Below, piece after piece: positions 13,776 through 26,700 of a stretch of 64,000 nt of DNA; the stretch's first letter is position 1; every line of letters starts with the position of its first letter. This stretch comes from Eledone cirrhosa. Lineage: Eukaryota. The stretch is taken from contig OZ024749.1 of the NCBI GenBank assembly GCA_964016885.1, positions 1 to 64,000 of the forward strand. The letters are read 5' to 3'. The notes beneath the pieces are model-generated. The model was not told where the DNA came from. It was given only the letters and a program-made list of their open reading frames with translations, and made no database searches. The position numbers were made by a program, and so were the translations under genes.

Positions 13776-14319
13776 CACGCCAGCTACTTGACAACATATC
13801 CATGCATGGATGTGTGTACTTGTATATCGTAATTTCGATGTCTAGTCTTCAACAGACACTTAGCACTGACCGAGACAACCAGCCTTGACAATTCAGTTTT
13901 ATCAACTAAATTTCCTGATAAGAGGGGAAACAACTCGTAATTTTATTAAAATATCCAAGAGTAAACTCCCTTTGCTAATTGAAATATTGCATATACATTT
14001 GTAGACGTATAAACACAAAAACACTATACACATGTGTATAGTGTATAGTGTATACAACATGTGTACATACATACATACATACATAGACATCATATGTACA
14101 CATTCATGACAATATACTACACCCCCACGACTTACAGCCGGAACTTGCAACACATACATCACAACTGAAGCGCAACTATTTCAACGCTGGCAATCTAGCT
14201 AAACTTATAAGAGCTACAACTAATAGTAAAAAGAAATAAAAATTAAGCTTTTTAATCAAAAGAGTCTTAGGAAATATAACCGGTGGCAATGGAATCCATC
14301 TTAGCAATTAATTTTTTTG

Positions 14320-15170
14320 ACAGACAACTCCTTTGGTAAGGTACCATGATCTGTCATCTGGTGGTGCCTAACCAAACTAGGTGTTGAGGAATGTCTTGTG
14401 AGGGCAGTGTACGCTTTGTGGAGGTACTGTCAGTAACAGATGCGTTTAAAACTGGCTGTCCATGACGATCTGGTTCTTATAGCAGAATCAGTAAACAAGC
14501 TAAAGAAGAAATGCTGTCTATGGAAACAGTTGGAAGCAAGAGGACAGAATAAAAACATAGAAAAGAGGACATGCTCCCTATGTTGAAAAGGAGCTGGGAT
14601 AAATTCTATAAAATATACGCAATGCACATCTGGGGTACTCAACATATGTAGTGGGATAGCAAGCAAACAGGTAGTGAAAACTACCTGTACAGAGAAATTT
14701 CACAGTAGAAGTGACAGTGATAGAAACAGTTTTCAAATGAAGGTGGGTTCTATACAAGTGGTTCGTACATTCCGCTACATAGATGAGCAGATTAGAAAGA
14801 GAGTAGGCTACTACGAGGCCATAATATCTACAATAAGGATGGGTTGGAAGAAGTGAGACATGGCCAGCAATTGCAGACAATATGCCAAGGCTGGCAAAGA
14901 AATGAAGGAAGCATGCTCCGTTGGATGTGCGTCGACGACCGAGCAGAGATGAGTTGAGAGAGAAAATGGGTACGAGTTGTGTGCAGGAGAGAAGAATAAG
15001 ATGGTTTGCTGGGTAAACAAGTGCCAAGTAATTCCAGTAGAAGGAAGACTAGGAAAAACAGACCTAACGATCACCAACGAGGTGACCAACGACTGGTATA
15101 AGCCGAGAGAGGTGGTGCTCAATAGTACATGTCCCACACTTGAAAGCGAACGTATGATCATGAAGATGAC
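14320..15170 (+). mobile_element. Decayed RTE-clade LINE, 3' part with (ATG)n-like tail (copies ~19640-20510, ~23905-24765)
   Basis: RT remnant DDLVLIAES, Cys-rich insert (TCSLC..GINSIKYTQC), EGSMLRWMC/ELREKMG remnants, tail ATGATGATGATGA in copy 2. Confidence 0.8.
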
Positions 15171-15207
15171 TGTGCAAATGTTTCATTATTTCTGCATAGA
15201 AATATAC

Positions 15208-15700
15208 ATCATCTTCAACAAACGCTATATTGTCTTTAGCTTTCAACAATACCATTTCACAATAAAACATGAAATAAGAACAAACTGATTCTCTAATATT
15301 TAATAATATATTGGCATCTGCTTCGCTGCTTAACTCCGACTGCTGGGTCTGCATTCTTGTCGTCTGTTATGCTTCCACTTCATTGCTTTTCACAGGAACA
15401 ATCAACAACTACTCTTTCTAACTCTTAAAACCTTGCTCTAGCTTCCAATGTTCACTCTCGGGGATGTCTTTCCAACGGACTGCATTCTTCCCTCTTTTCG
15501 ACACATCTTTCCAGTTTCTTCACATCGGTCAAATCATAATACTGCACAATTTCCACTTTTCACATCTAGGTCTTTCTATTCTATACATCAGTTAGTCTTA
15601 GTTTCAAGTTCTAATATTGTAAAATAATATCTTTCAACATGGGAGACAATATAGCACTTGTTGCTGAAGATAGACTTTTATCATCTATATTATTCTCTCT
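15208..15700. mobile_element. Foldback/MITE-like module, type B, diverged paralogue of type A (copies ~20565-21070, ~24805-25320)
   Basis: Shares core TTGGCATCTGCTT..CTGCTGGG.CTGCATTCTT with type A; left ATCTTCAACAAACGCTATATTGTCT versus right AGACAATATAGCACTTGTTGCTGAAGAT. Confidence 0.55.
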
Positions 15701-15794
15701 CCAGCTACCAGTTAACATATCCATGCATAATATTTGCATGTGTGTCGTCATGTGTGGATATTTGAGAAAAGGATAATGATAAACAGATATATAC

Positions 15795-16875
15795 ATGGAT
15801 GAGGAGAGTCACTTGGTGGTAGAACAATATGGTAGATGAGGCAATTAAGGCTAAGAGACAGGCATGGAAAGAATGGAAAAACAGGGCACATTACAGAGAG
15901 ACCAGGAGCAAAGCTAGGCGACAAGTATACTTAGCTAGAAGGGAGGTAGAGGATAGGAATTTCAAGCATCTTTTGCAACACGAGGAACAGAAACAGGTGT
16001 TCGAGATTACGAGGCAGTGTGTCAGAGAGAATTGTGATGTCTTTGGACAAAAGTGTATCCAGAATGATAAAGGTCAGCTTGCACTCACAATTTCTGAGGA
16101 GATGCGTGGAAGAGCCAGTATGAAAGATTACTAAATGGGGAGAATGCGTGGGAAAAAGATACCATACCCAAAGTGAACCCTATAGAGGGGCTAGCAGAAC
16201 AAGTCAGCAGCAATGTAGTATGGCAATCAAAGATATGAAGACGGGGAAGGCAACCAGTCTATCGGGTATAGCTGCCGAGATGCTCAAGGCATCTGGGTCG
16301 GTAGATCAGACCATAACCACACGTATTGTTAACTAGGTAATACTAAAGGGCGTCGTACAAAAACATTCGTGCAGCAGCATCATGGTCAACTGATAAAGGT
16401 AAAGGTGATGCACTAGATAGAGGAAACTAGAGAGGTATAAAGCTGATGGACCAGGTCATGAAAGTAACAAAGAGTTGGAGCACAGTTGATTAGGAACAGG
16501 GTGAAAATACATGATATGCAATTATGCTTTGTACAAAAAAAAAGGCACCACTCATGTCCTCACCTATGTGAGGCAGTTACAGGAAAAGTACCTAGCTAAA
16601 AGTAAGCCAATCTACCTAGCATTTGTCGAAATGGAAAAAGCCTTCGACAGAGTCCACCATGCTATAATCCGGTCGGCTCTTAGAAAATTTAAAGTAGATG
16701 AATAGCTTATGAGGGCTGTACAAGCCATGTATAAAGAAACAATCAGCAAAGTTAGGGTTATCAATGACTAGAGCTAGGAATTTAGCATGCAGGTCGGTGT
16801 ACACCAGGGCTGTTCTTAGCCCTCTCCTTTTTATCATAGTCCTGCAGGCAATAACAGGAATTTAAAACCGGATGT
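15795..16875 (+). pseudogene. RTE-clade LINE reverse transcriptase fragment with stops and frameshifts (copies ~21160-22235, ~25410-26385)
   Basis: RVTWW, KAAGPSGIVAEMLKA, NYRGIKLMDQVMK, QLGFVPGKGT, RQLQEKYLAK..YLAFVEMEKAFDRV, GVHQG..SPLLFII motifs. Confidence 0.9.
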
Positions 16876-16899
16876 CAGCTTATAGTTCTACCAAGGGAG

Positions 16900-18355
16900 A
16901 CAGTGATGTGAATGCAGAGGAATTTCATGAGGAGATGTGTAGAGCTGTCAACACCACACAAGCTCAAAACATGATTCTTCTGAGGGACTTCTATGCACAT
17001 CTGAGTAAGGAGAGCAGAGAAGATCCGCGCTGGTAATTCCCTAACACCAACCGAAATGGAAGACTACCGACAGACGCCATGCTGGATGCAAACTTGATGG
17101 CAACCAACCTAACGTTAAGGAAGAATCCAGAAAAGATGTGGACCAAGACCTAGATTGATTTCTTTCTGGTGAGGAAAAAGCAGCGCAATAGTGTTCTCAA
17201 CACAGAACCATACAACTATTTCAGTACACTGGGACAGTGGACACATGCTTGTTATGAGTGAGGTCCGGGTGAGCTTAAGAAAGAGCAAGGCTACACCAAC
17301 AGTATAATCTATGACTGGGGAACTTTCAAGGAACATAAGCTACAGAAGAGGTTCACGGGAGAAGTGAGCAACAGGTTCAGTGCTCTTTGTAGAGAGTTTG
17401 ACAAAGAGGTACGGCTACTTGAACAATGCAGTAGCAGAAGCAAGTGAGACACTGATGCTGAGGAGAAAGAAGAGGAAGCATGTCAGTTCTGCAGACCCAA
17501 AGGTGTGTGCAGCCTGCCAAGGACCAATTCTGTGCTGATCCTATGGAGAGGATGGACACAGTGGAGGTGATGAGGGAAGCACTCTGTACCGCTTACACTG
17601 ACGCCAGAGAGGAGACACTAAAAGTGTTAAGAGAACGGTTGACAGTTGGATGATCAACGAGATCACATGGAGGAAAGGTCAGATCAAGGAAACAGATCCA
17701 GAGGATAGGAAAAAGGAAATGGCTGAACCATTTTAGAACACAACTATGAGATGCCCTCCACAGCCAAGAACACTGGGCAGATCAGGTGGCTGTTACAAAA
17801 ACTGAATATTGACACAGGACCCTTTGCCAGAGAGGAGCTTCAGAGAGCAAAAAAAGAAGATAAAGGAGGGCAAGGCCCATGGAGAAAATCGAGTGGCATC
17901 AGGTCATGTAGAGTTGTGATTTTCATATCTTGGAGATCTGTAAAAAAGGGACTGGAGAAACGAGTTGCCCTGAACAAGTGGACGATCAGTAACTTCGTGC
18001 CACTGCCAAAGAAGGCAGATCTCTCTAACAGAAACAACTACAGGGGGACCTCACTTGTGGCAAAGACCCTCAACAGGATGATTCTAAAGAGAATCCAGCC
18101 CTGCATGGACAAAAAGCTCAACCAACCAGAACAGCTTCACAGATAGAGATCAACCAACGGTCACATCCTGATGCTGAGGAAGATATTTGAGGGAGCTAAA
18201 GCAAATTGCCTATAATTCTGACTATCGTCACTGCCTGATCAAGATTTTTGTGGAATACAAAAGTATCACTGCTCTACACGAACACTAAAGCCAAAGTCAT
18301 TACACCCGGTGGTTCTTCGAGTTACTACTTGGATTGCTCCAAGGAGCTACACCCA
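16900..18355 (+). pseudogene. Second, distinct decayed non-LTR element (APE endonuclease + RT remnants, RTE-like); internally deleted in copy 2 (~22250-22860), present at ~26400-27625
   Basis: MILLRDFYAHL (APE GDFNA-like), VPLPKKADLSNRNNYRGTSL.AKTLNRMILKRIQP, GVLQG remnant in copy 2. Confidence 0.75.
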
Positions 18356-21300
18356 TTGTTCAGTGGCTAAATACAGTCAAAGAAAAATATAATTGCTTTT
18401 CTTTCTCAGAGAGTTAAGTCAGCGAAGGTAACACACCACTAACAAAATCGCCTCTCCTACTAAAATGGTCAATGACCAATCCAGCAGATAAACAATTATA
18501 TTAAGAAAAATAATTTCTTTTTAAACAAACGACAATTAAATATTTACTGTTGAATGTCTGTTTGTGGGCTTATGTAGGGTCGGGCATCTCATAAATTTTT
18601 CCGTATTTACGCAGAGTAATATAGATAAAAATACATCAACGACAAACACTATATTGTCTCACACTTTAAAGGATTCGCTTTTGCAATAAAACAGGGAATC
18701 AATAAACTATCCGATTCCATTAATATTTTATATTATATTGGCATCTCCTTGGCAGCTAACTCCAACTGCTGGGCCTGCATGCTTCTCTCATCTGTTATGC
18801 TTGCACTTCATTGATTTTCACTGGAACAATCCGCAACTACTCTTTCTGTTTATTCTCAGGGATGTCTTTTCTAGCCAATGCATTCTTCATTACATCATGC
18901 ACATTTTCCACAGCTTCTTTCACATCGGTCAAATTTTCAATCTTAATTCGGCACAATTTCAACATCTTTTGCCTGCATCACACTGTATTCAGTGAATTAG
19001 TTTTTCCTCGTTTCCTATTCTTATATTGCAAAAACATATGCATAAAAGTGCAAGATAATATAGCGAGTGTTCATATATTTTGCTTATCTACATTATAATC
19101 ACTCGACAGCTCCTTGGCAACATATTCATGCATGGATGTGTGTACTTGTATATCGTAATTTAGATGTCTAGTCTTCAACAGACGCTTAGCACTGACCGAG
19201 ACAACCAGCCTTGAATATTGAGTTTTATCAAACAACTAAATTTCCTGCTAAGAGGGGAAACAACAATTTTATTAAAATATCCAAGAGTAAACTCCCTTTG
19301 CTAATTGAAATATTGCATATACATTTGTAGACGTATAAACACAAAAACACTATACACAATAACAACATGTGTACATGTATACATACATAGACATATGTAC
19401 ACATACATGACAATATACTACACCCCCACGACTTACAGCCGGAACTTGCAACACCTACATCACAACTAAAGCGCAACTATTTCAACGCTGGAAATCTAGC
19501 TAAACTTATCAGAGCTACAAATAATAATGTCAGAGTAAAAAGAAATATAAATTAAGCTTTTTAATCAAACGAATCTTAGGAAATATATAAAATATAACCG
19601 GTGGCAATGTAATCCATCTTAGCAATTCATTTTTTGGACAGACAACTCCTTTTGATCTGTCATCTAGTGGTGCCTAACCAAACTAGGTGGTGAGGGCCGT
19701 GTAGGCTTTGTACAGAGGTGCTGTCAGTAACAGATGCGTTTAAAAATGGCTGTCCGTGACGATCTGGTTCTTATAGCAGAATCAGTAAACAAGCTAGAGA
19801 AGAAATGCTGTCTATGGAATCAGTAGTTGGAAGCAAGAGGACAGAATAAAAACATAGAAAAGGGGACATGTTCACTATGTTGAAAAGGAGTTGGGATAAA
19901 TTCTATAAAATATACGCAATGCACATCTGGGGTACACAACATATGTAGTGGGATAGCAAGCAAACAGGTAGTGAAAACTACATGTACAGAAAAATTTCAC
20001 AGTAGAAGTACCAGTGATAGAAACAGTTTTCAAATGAAGGTGGGTTCTATACAAGTGGTTCGTACCTTCCGCTATATAGATGAGCAGATTAGAAAGAGGA
20101 GTCTACTACGAGGCCACAGTATCTACAATAAAGATGGGTTGGAAGAAGTGAGACATGGCCAGCAATTGCAGAGAATATGCCAAGGCTGGCAAAGAAATGA
20201 AGGAAGCATGCTCCGTTAGATGTTCGTCAACCATCGAGCAGAGATGAGTTGAGAGAGAAAATGGGTATGAGTTGTGGAGTGCTGGAGAGAAGAATGAGAT
20301 GGTTTGCTTGGTAAACAAGTGCCAAGTAATTTGAGTAGAAGGAAGACGCAGTAGAGGAAGACTAGGAAAAACATAGACGGCGGTGGTGAGAGCAGACCTC
20401 AAATCGCTAACAATCACCAACGAGGTGAACAACGACCGGTATAAGCCGAAAGAGGCGGTGCTCAATAGTACATGTCCCACACTTGAGAGCGAACGTATGA
20501 TGATGATGACTGTGCAAATGTTTCCTTATTTCTGCATAAAAAGTAATATACATGAACAAAGTAGATCATCTTCAACAAACGCTATATTGTCTTTAGCTTT
20601 CAACAATACGATTTCGCAATAAAACATGAAATAAGAACAAACTGATTCTCTAATATTTAATATTATATTGGCATCTGCTTCGCTGCTTAACTCCGACTGC
20701 TGGGTCTGCATTCTTGTCTCGTCTGTTATGCTTCCACTTCATTGCTTTTCACAGGAACAATCAACAACTACTCTTTCTAACTATTAAAACCTTGCTCTAG
20801 CTTCAAATGTTCACTCTCGGGGATGTCTTTCCTACGGTCTGCATTCTTCACTCTTTTCGACACATCTTTCCAGTTTCTTCACATCGGTCAAATCTTCAAT
20901 CTTCAATCTGCACAATTTCCACTTTTTTTCACATCTAGGTTTTTCTATTCTATACATCAGTTAGTCTTAGTTTCAAGTTCTTATATTGTAAAATAATATC
21001 TTTCAACATGGAAGACAATATAGCACTTGTTGCTGAAGATAGAATAATATAGATGATAAAAGTCTCTCTCCAGCTACCAGTTAACATATCCATGCATAAT
21101 ATTTGCAGTGTCATCATGTGTGGATATTTGAGAAAAAGATAATAAAAAGATATATACATGGATGAGGAGAGTCACTTGGTGGTAGAACAATATGGTAGAT
21201 GAGGCAGTCAAGGCTAAGAGACAGGCATGGAAAGAATGGAAAAACAGGGCACATTACATAGAGACCAGGAGCGAAGCTAGGCGACAAGTATACTTAGCTA

Positions 21301-23593
21301 GAAGGGAGGTAGAAGATAGGAATTTCAAGCATCTTTTGCAACACGAGGAACAGAAACAGTTGTTCCAGATTACGAGGCAGTGTTTCAGAGAGAATTGTGA
21401 TGTCATTGGACAAAAGTGTATCCAGAATGATAAAAGTCAGCTTGCACTCAAGTGCTGAGAAGATGCGTGGAAGAGCCAGTATGAAATATTACTAAATGAG
21501 GATAATGTATGGGGAAAAAGATAACATACCCAAAGTGAACCCTATAAAGGGGCTAGCAGAACAAGTCAGCAGCAATGTAGTATGGCAATCAAAGATATGA
21601 AGACGGGGAAGGCAACCAGTCTATCGGGTATAGCTGCCGAGATGCTCAAGGCATCTGGGTCGGTAGATCAGACCATAACCACACGTATTGTTAACTAGGT
21701 AATACTAAAGGGCGTCGTACCAAACGATTCGTGCAGCAGCATCATGGTCAACTGATACAAAGGTAAAAGTGATGCACTAGATAGAGGAAACTATAGAGGT
21801 ATAAAGCTGATGGACCAGGTCATGAAAGTAACAAAGAGTTAGAGCACAGTTGATTAGGAACAGGGTGAAACATGATATGCAATTGGGCTTTGTACCAGGA
21901 AAAGGCACCATCCATGTCCTCACCTTTGTGAGGCAGTTACAGGAAAAGTACCTAGCTAAAAGTAAGCCGCTCTACCTGGCATTTGTCGAAATGGAAAAAG
22001 CCTTCGACAGAGTCCACCATGCTATAATCTGGTGGGCTCTTAGAAAATTTGAAGTAGATGAATAGCTTATGAGGGCTGTACAAGCCATGTATAAAGAAAC
22101 AATCAGCAAAGTTAGGGTTATCAATGACTAGAGCTAGGAATTTAGCATGCAGGTCGGTGTACACCAGGGCTGTTCTTAGCCCTCTCCTTTTTATCATAGT
22201 CCTGCAGGCAATAACAGGAATTTAAAACCGGATGTCAGATTATAGTCTAGACCATTTTAGTACACAACTATGAAATGCCCTCCACAGCCAAGAACACTGG
22301 GCAGATCAGGTGGCTGTTACAAAAACTGCATATTGAGACAGGACACTTTGCCAGAGAGGAGCTTCAGAGAGCAAAAAAAGATAAAGGAGGGCAAGGCCCA
22401 TGGAGAAAATCGAGTGGCTACAGGTCATGTAGAGTTTGTGATTTTCATATCTTGGAGTTCTGGAGAAACGAGTTGCCCTGAACCAGTGGACAATCAGTAA
22501 CTTCGTGCCACTGCCAAAGAAGGCAGATCTCTTTAACAGCAACAACTACAGGGAGACCTCACTTGTGGCAAAGAACCTCAACAGGATGATTCTTAAGAGA
22601 ATCCAGCCCTACATGGACAAAAAGCTCAAACAACCACAACAGCTTCAGAGATAAAGATCAACCAACGGTCACATCCTGATGAAGATATTTGAGGGAGCTA
22701 AAGCAAATTGCATATAATTATGACGATCGTCACTGCCTGATCAAGATTTTTGTGGAATACAAAAGTATCACTTCTCTACACGAACACTAAAGCCAAAGTC
22801 ATTACACCCGATGGTTCTTCGAATTATTGGTTGGGAGTGCTCCAAGGAGCTACACCCATTCTTCAGTGGCTAAATACAGTCAAAGAAAAATATCAAAATT
22901 GCTCTTCTTTCTCAGAGAGCTAAGTCAGCGAAGGTAACACACCACTAACAAAATCCCCTCCTACAAAAATGGTCAATAACCAATCCAGCAGATAAACGTA
23001 ATTATATTAAGAAAAAAATTTCTTTTTAACAAAGGACAATTTTTACTGTTGAAGGCCTGTTTGTGGGCTTATGCAGGGTCGGGCATCTCATAAATTCAGT
23101 ATTTACGCAGAGTAATATAGATAAAAATACATCAACGACAAACACTATAGTCTCGCACTTTAAAGAATTCGCTTTTGCAATAAAACAGGGAATCAATAAA
23201 CTATCCGATTCAATAATATTTTATATTATATTGGCATCTGCTTGGCAGCAAACTCCAACTGCTGGGCCTGTATTCTTCTCTCTCGTCTGTTATGCTTGTA
23301 CTTCATTGATTTTCACTGCAACAATCAGACACTTAGCCCTGACCGAGACAACCAGCCTTGACAATTGAGTTTATCAAATAACTAAATTTCCTGCTAACAG
23401 GGGAAACAACTCGTAATTTTATTAAAATATCCAAGAGTAAACTCCCTTTCCTAATTGAAATATGGCATAAACATTTGTAGACGTATAAACACAAAAACAC
23501 TATACATAATAACATGTGTACGTGTATACATACATAGGCATATACTATTTCAACGCTGGCAATCTAGCTAAACTTATAGCTACAACTAATAAT

Positions 23594-23779
23594 TGTTTCT
23601 ACTTTTGGCACAAGGCCAGCAATTAACCAGTACATTACTGGTACTTTATTTTATCGACCCCGTAAGGATGAAAGGCAAAGTTAACCTCGACAGGATTTGG
23701 ACTCGGATCGTAAAGGGACGTAATTCTTTGCGTCAAAGCATGGCGTCCGACCCTCCACCGATACTGCCAACCCACCGCC
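23594..23779 (-). mobile_element. tRNA-derived SINE with 17-bp target site duplication, present only in this copy of the triplication
   Basis: TAGCTACAACTAATAAT (23577-23593) and TAGCTACAATTAATAAT (23780-23796) flank it; collinear with 34895-35080; empty site at ~14212 and ~19512. Confidence 0.88.
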
Positions 23780-26700
23780 TAGCTACAATTAATAATGCCA
23801 GTAAAAATAAAAATTAAGCTTTTTAATCAAAAGAGTCTTAGGAAATATATAAAATATAACCGGTGGCAATGTAATCCATCTTAGCAATTAAATTAATTTT
23901 GTTGACAGACAAGTCCTTTGGTAGGGTACCATGATCTGTCATCTGGTGGTGCCTAACCAAACTAGGTGTTGGGGAATGTCTTGTGAGGGCAGTGCAGGCT
24001 TTGTACAGAGGTGCTGTCAGTAACAGATGCGTTTAAAACTAGCTGTCCGTGACGATCTGGTTCTTATAGCAGAATCAGTAAACAAGCTAAAGAAGAAATG
24101 CTGTCTATGGAAACAGTAGTTGGAAGCAAGAGGACAGAATAAAAACATAGAAAAGAGGACATGCTCCCTATGTTGAAAAGGAGCTGGGATAAATTCTATA
24201 AAATATACGCAATGCACATCTGGGGTACTCAACATATGTAGTGGGATAGCAAGCAAACAGGTAGTGAAAACTACCTGTACAGAAAAATTTCACAGTAGAA
24301 GTGACAGTGATAGTGATAGAAACAGTTTTCAAATGAAGGTGGGTTCTATACAGATGAGCAGATTAGAAAGAGAGGAGGCTACTACGAGGCCATAATATCT
24401 ACAATAAGGATGGGTTGGAAGAAGTGAGACATGGCCAGCAATTGCAGAGAATATGCCAAGGCTGGAAAAGAAATGAAGGAAGCATGCTCCGTTAGATGTT
24501 CGTCAACCATCAAGCAGAGATGAGTTGAGAGAGAAAATGGGTATGAGTTATGTGCAGGAGAGAAGAATAAGATGGTTTGCTGGGTAAACATGTGCCAAGT
24601 AATTCCAGTAGAAGGAAGACTAGGAAAAACATAGATGGGTGGTGAGAGCAGACCTCAAATCGCTAACGATCACCAACGAGGTGAACAACGACCGGTATAA
24701 GTGGAGAGGCGGTGCTCAATAGTACATGTCCCACACTTGAAAGCGAACATATGATTATGAAGTTGACTGTGCAAATGTTTCCTTATTTCTGCATAGAAAG
24801 TATACATCATATTCAACAAACGCTATATTGTCTTTAGCTTTCAACAATACGATTTCGCAATAAAACATGAAATAAGAACAAACTGATTCTCTAATATTTA
24901 ATATTATATTGGCATCTGCTTCGCTGCTTAACTCCGACTGCTGGGTCTGCATTCTTGTCTCGTCTGTTATGCTTCCACTTCATTGCTTTTCACAGGAACA
25001 ATCAACAACTACTCTTTCTAACTCTTAAAACCTTGCTCTAGCTTCAAATGTTCACTCTCGGGGATGTCTTTCCTACGGAATGCATTCTTCACTCTTTTCG
25101 ACACATCTTTCCAGTTTCTTCACATCGGTCACATCTTCAATCTTCAATCTGCACAATTTCCACTTCTTTTCACATCTAGGTCTTTCTATTCTATTCTATA
25201 CATCAGTTAGTCTTAGTTTCAAGTTCTTATCTTGTAAAATAATATCTTTCAACATGGGAGACAATATAGCACTTGTTGCTGAAGATAGACTTTTATCATC
25301 TATATTATTCTCTCTCCAGCTACCAGTTAACATATCCATGCATAATATTTGCATGTGTGTCGTCATGTGTGGATATTTGAGAAAAAGATAATGATAAAAA
25401 GATATATACATGGATGAGGAGAGTCACTTGGTGGTAGAACAATATGGTAGATGAGGCAATTAAGGCTAAGAGACAGGCATGGAAAGAATGGAAAAACAGG
25501 GCACATTACAGAGAGACCAGGAGCAAAGCTAGGCGACAAGTATACTTAGCTAGAAGGGAGGTAGAGGATAGGAATTTCAAGCATCTTTTGCAACACGAGG
25601 AACAGAAACAGGTGTTCGAGATTACGAGGCAGTGTGTCAGAGAGAATTGTGATGTCATTGGACAAAAGTGTATCCAGAATGATAAAGGTCAGATTGCACT
25701 CACAATTTCTGAGGAGATGCATGGAAGAGCCAGTATGAAAGATTACTAAATGGGGAGAATGCATGGGAAAAAGATACCATACCCAAAGTGAACCCTATAG
25801 AGGGGCTAGCAGAACAAGTCAGCAGCAATATAGTATGGCAATCAAAGATATGAAGACGGGGAAGGCAGCCGGTCCATCGGGTATAGTTGCCGAGATGCTC
25901 AAGGCATCTGGGTCAGTAGATCAGACCATAACCACAAGTAATATTAACTAGATAATACTAAACGATTCGTGCAGCAGCATCATGGTCAACTGATACAAAG
26001 GTAAAGGTGATGCACTAGATAGAGGAAACTAGAGAGGTATAAAGCTGATGGACCAGATCATGAAAGTAACGTAAAGAGTTATAGCACAGTTGATTAGTAC
26101 CTAGCTAAAAGTAAGCCACTCTACCTGGCATTTGTCGAAATGGAAAAAGCCTTCGACAGAGTCCACCATGCTATAATACGGTCGGCTCTTGGAAAATTAA
26201 AAGTAGATGAATGGCTTATGAGGGCTGTACAAGCCATGTATAAAGAAACAATCAGCAAAGTTAGGGTTATCAATGATTAGAGCGAGGAATTTAGCATGCA
26301 GGTCCGTGTACACCAGGGCTGTTCTTAGCCCTCTCCTTTTTATCATAGTCCTGCAGGCAATAACAGGAATTTAAAACCGGATGTCAGCTTATAGTTCTAC
26401 CAAGGGAGACAGTGATGTGAATGCAGAGGAATTTCATGAGATGTGTAGAGCTGTCAACACCACACAAGCTCAAAACATCATTCTTCTGAGGGACTTCTAT
26501 GCACATCTGAGTAAGGAGAGCAGTGAAGATCCGCGCTGGTAATTCCCTAACACCAACCGAAATGGAAGACTACCGACAGACGCCATGCTGGATGCAAACT
26601 TGATGGCAACCAACCTAACGTTAAGGAAGAATCCAGAAAAGATGTGGACCAAGACCTAGATTGATTTCTTTCTGGTGAGGAAAAAGCAGCGCAATAACAA

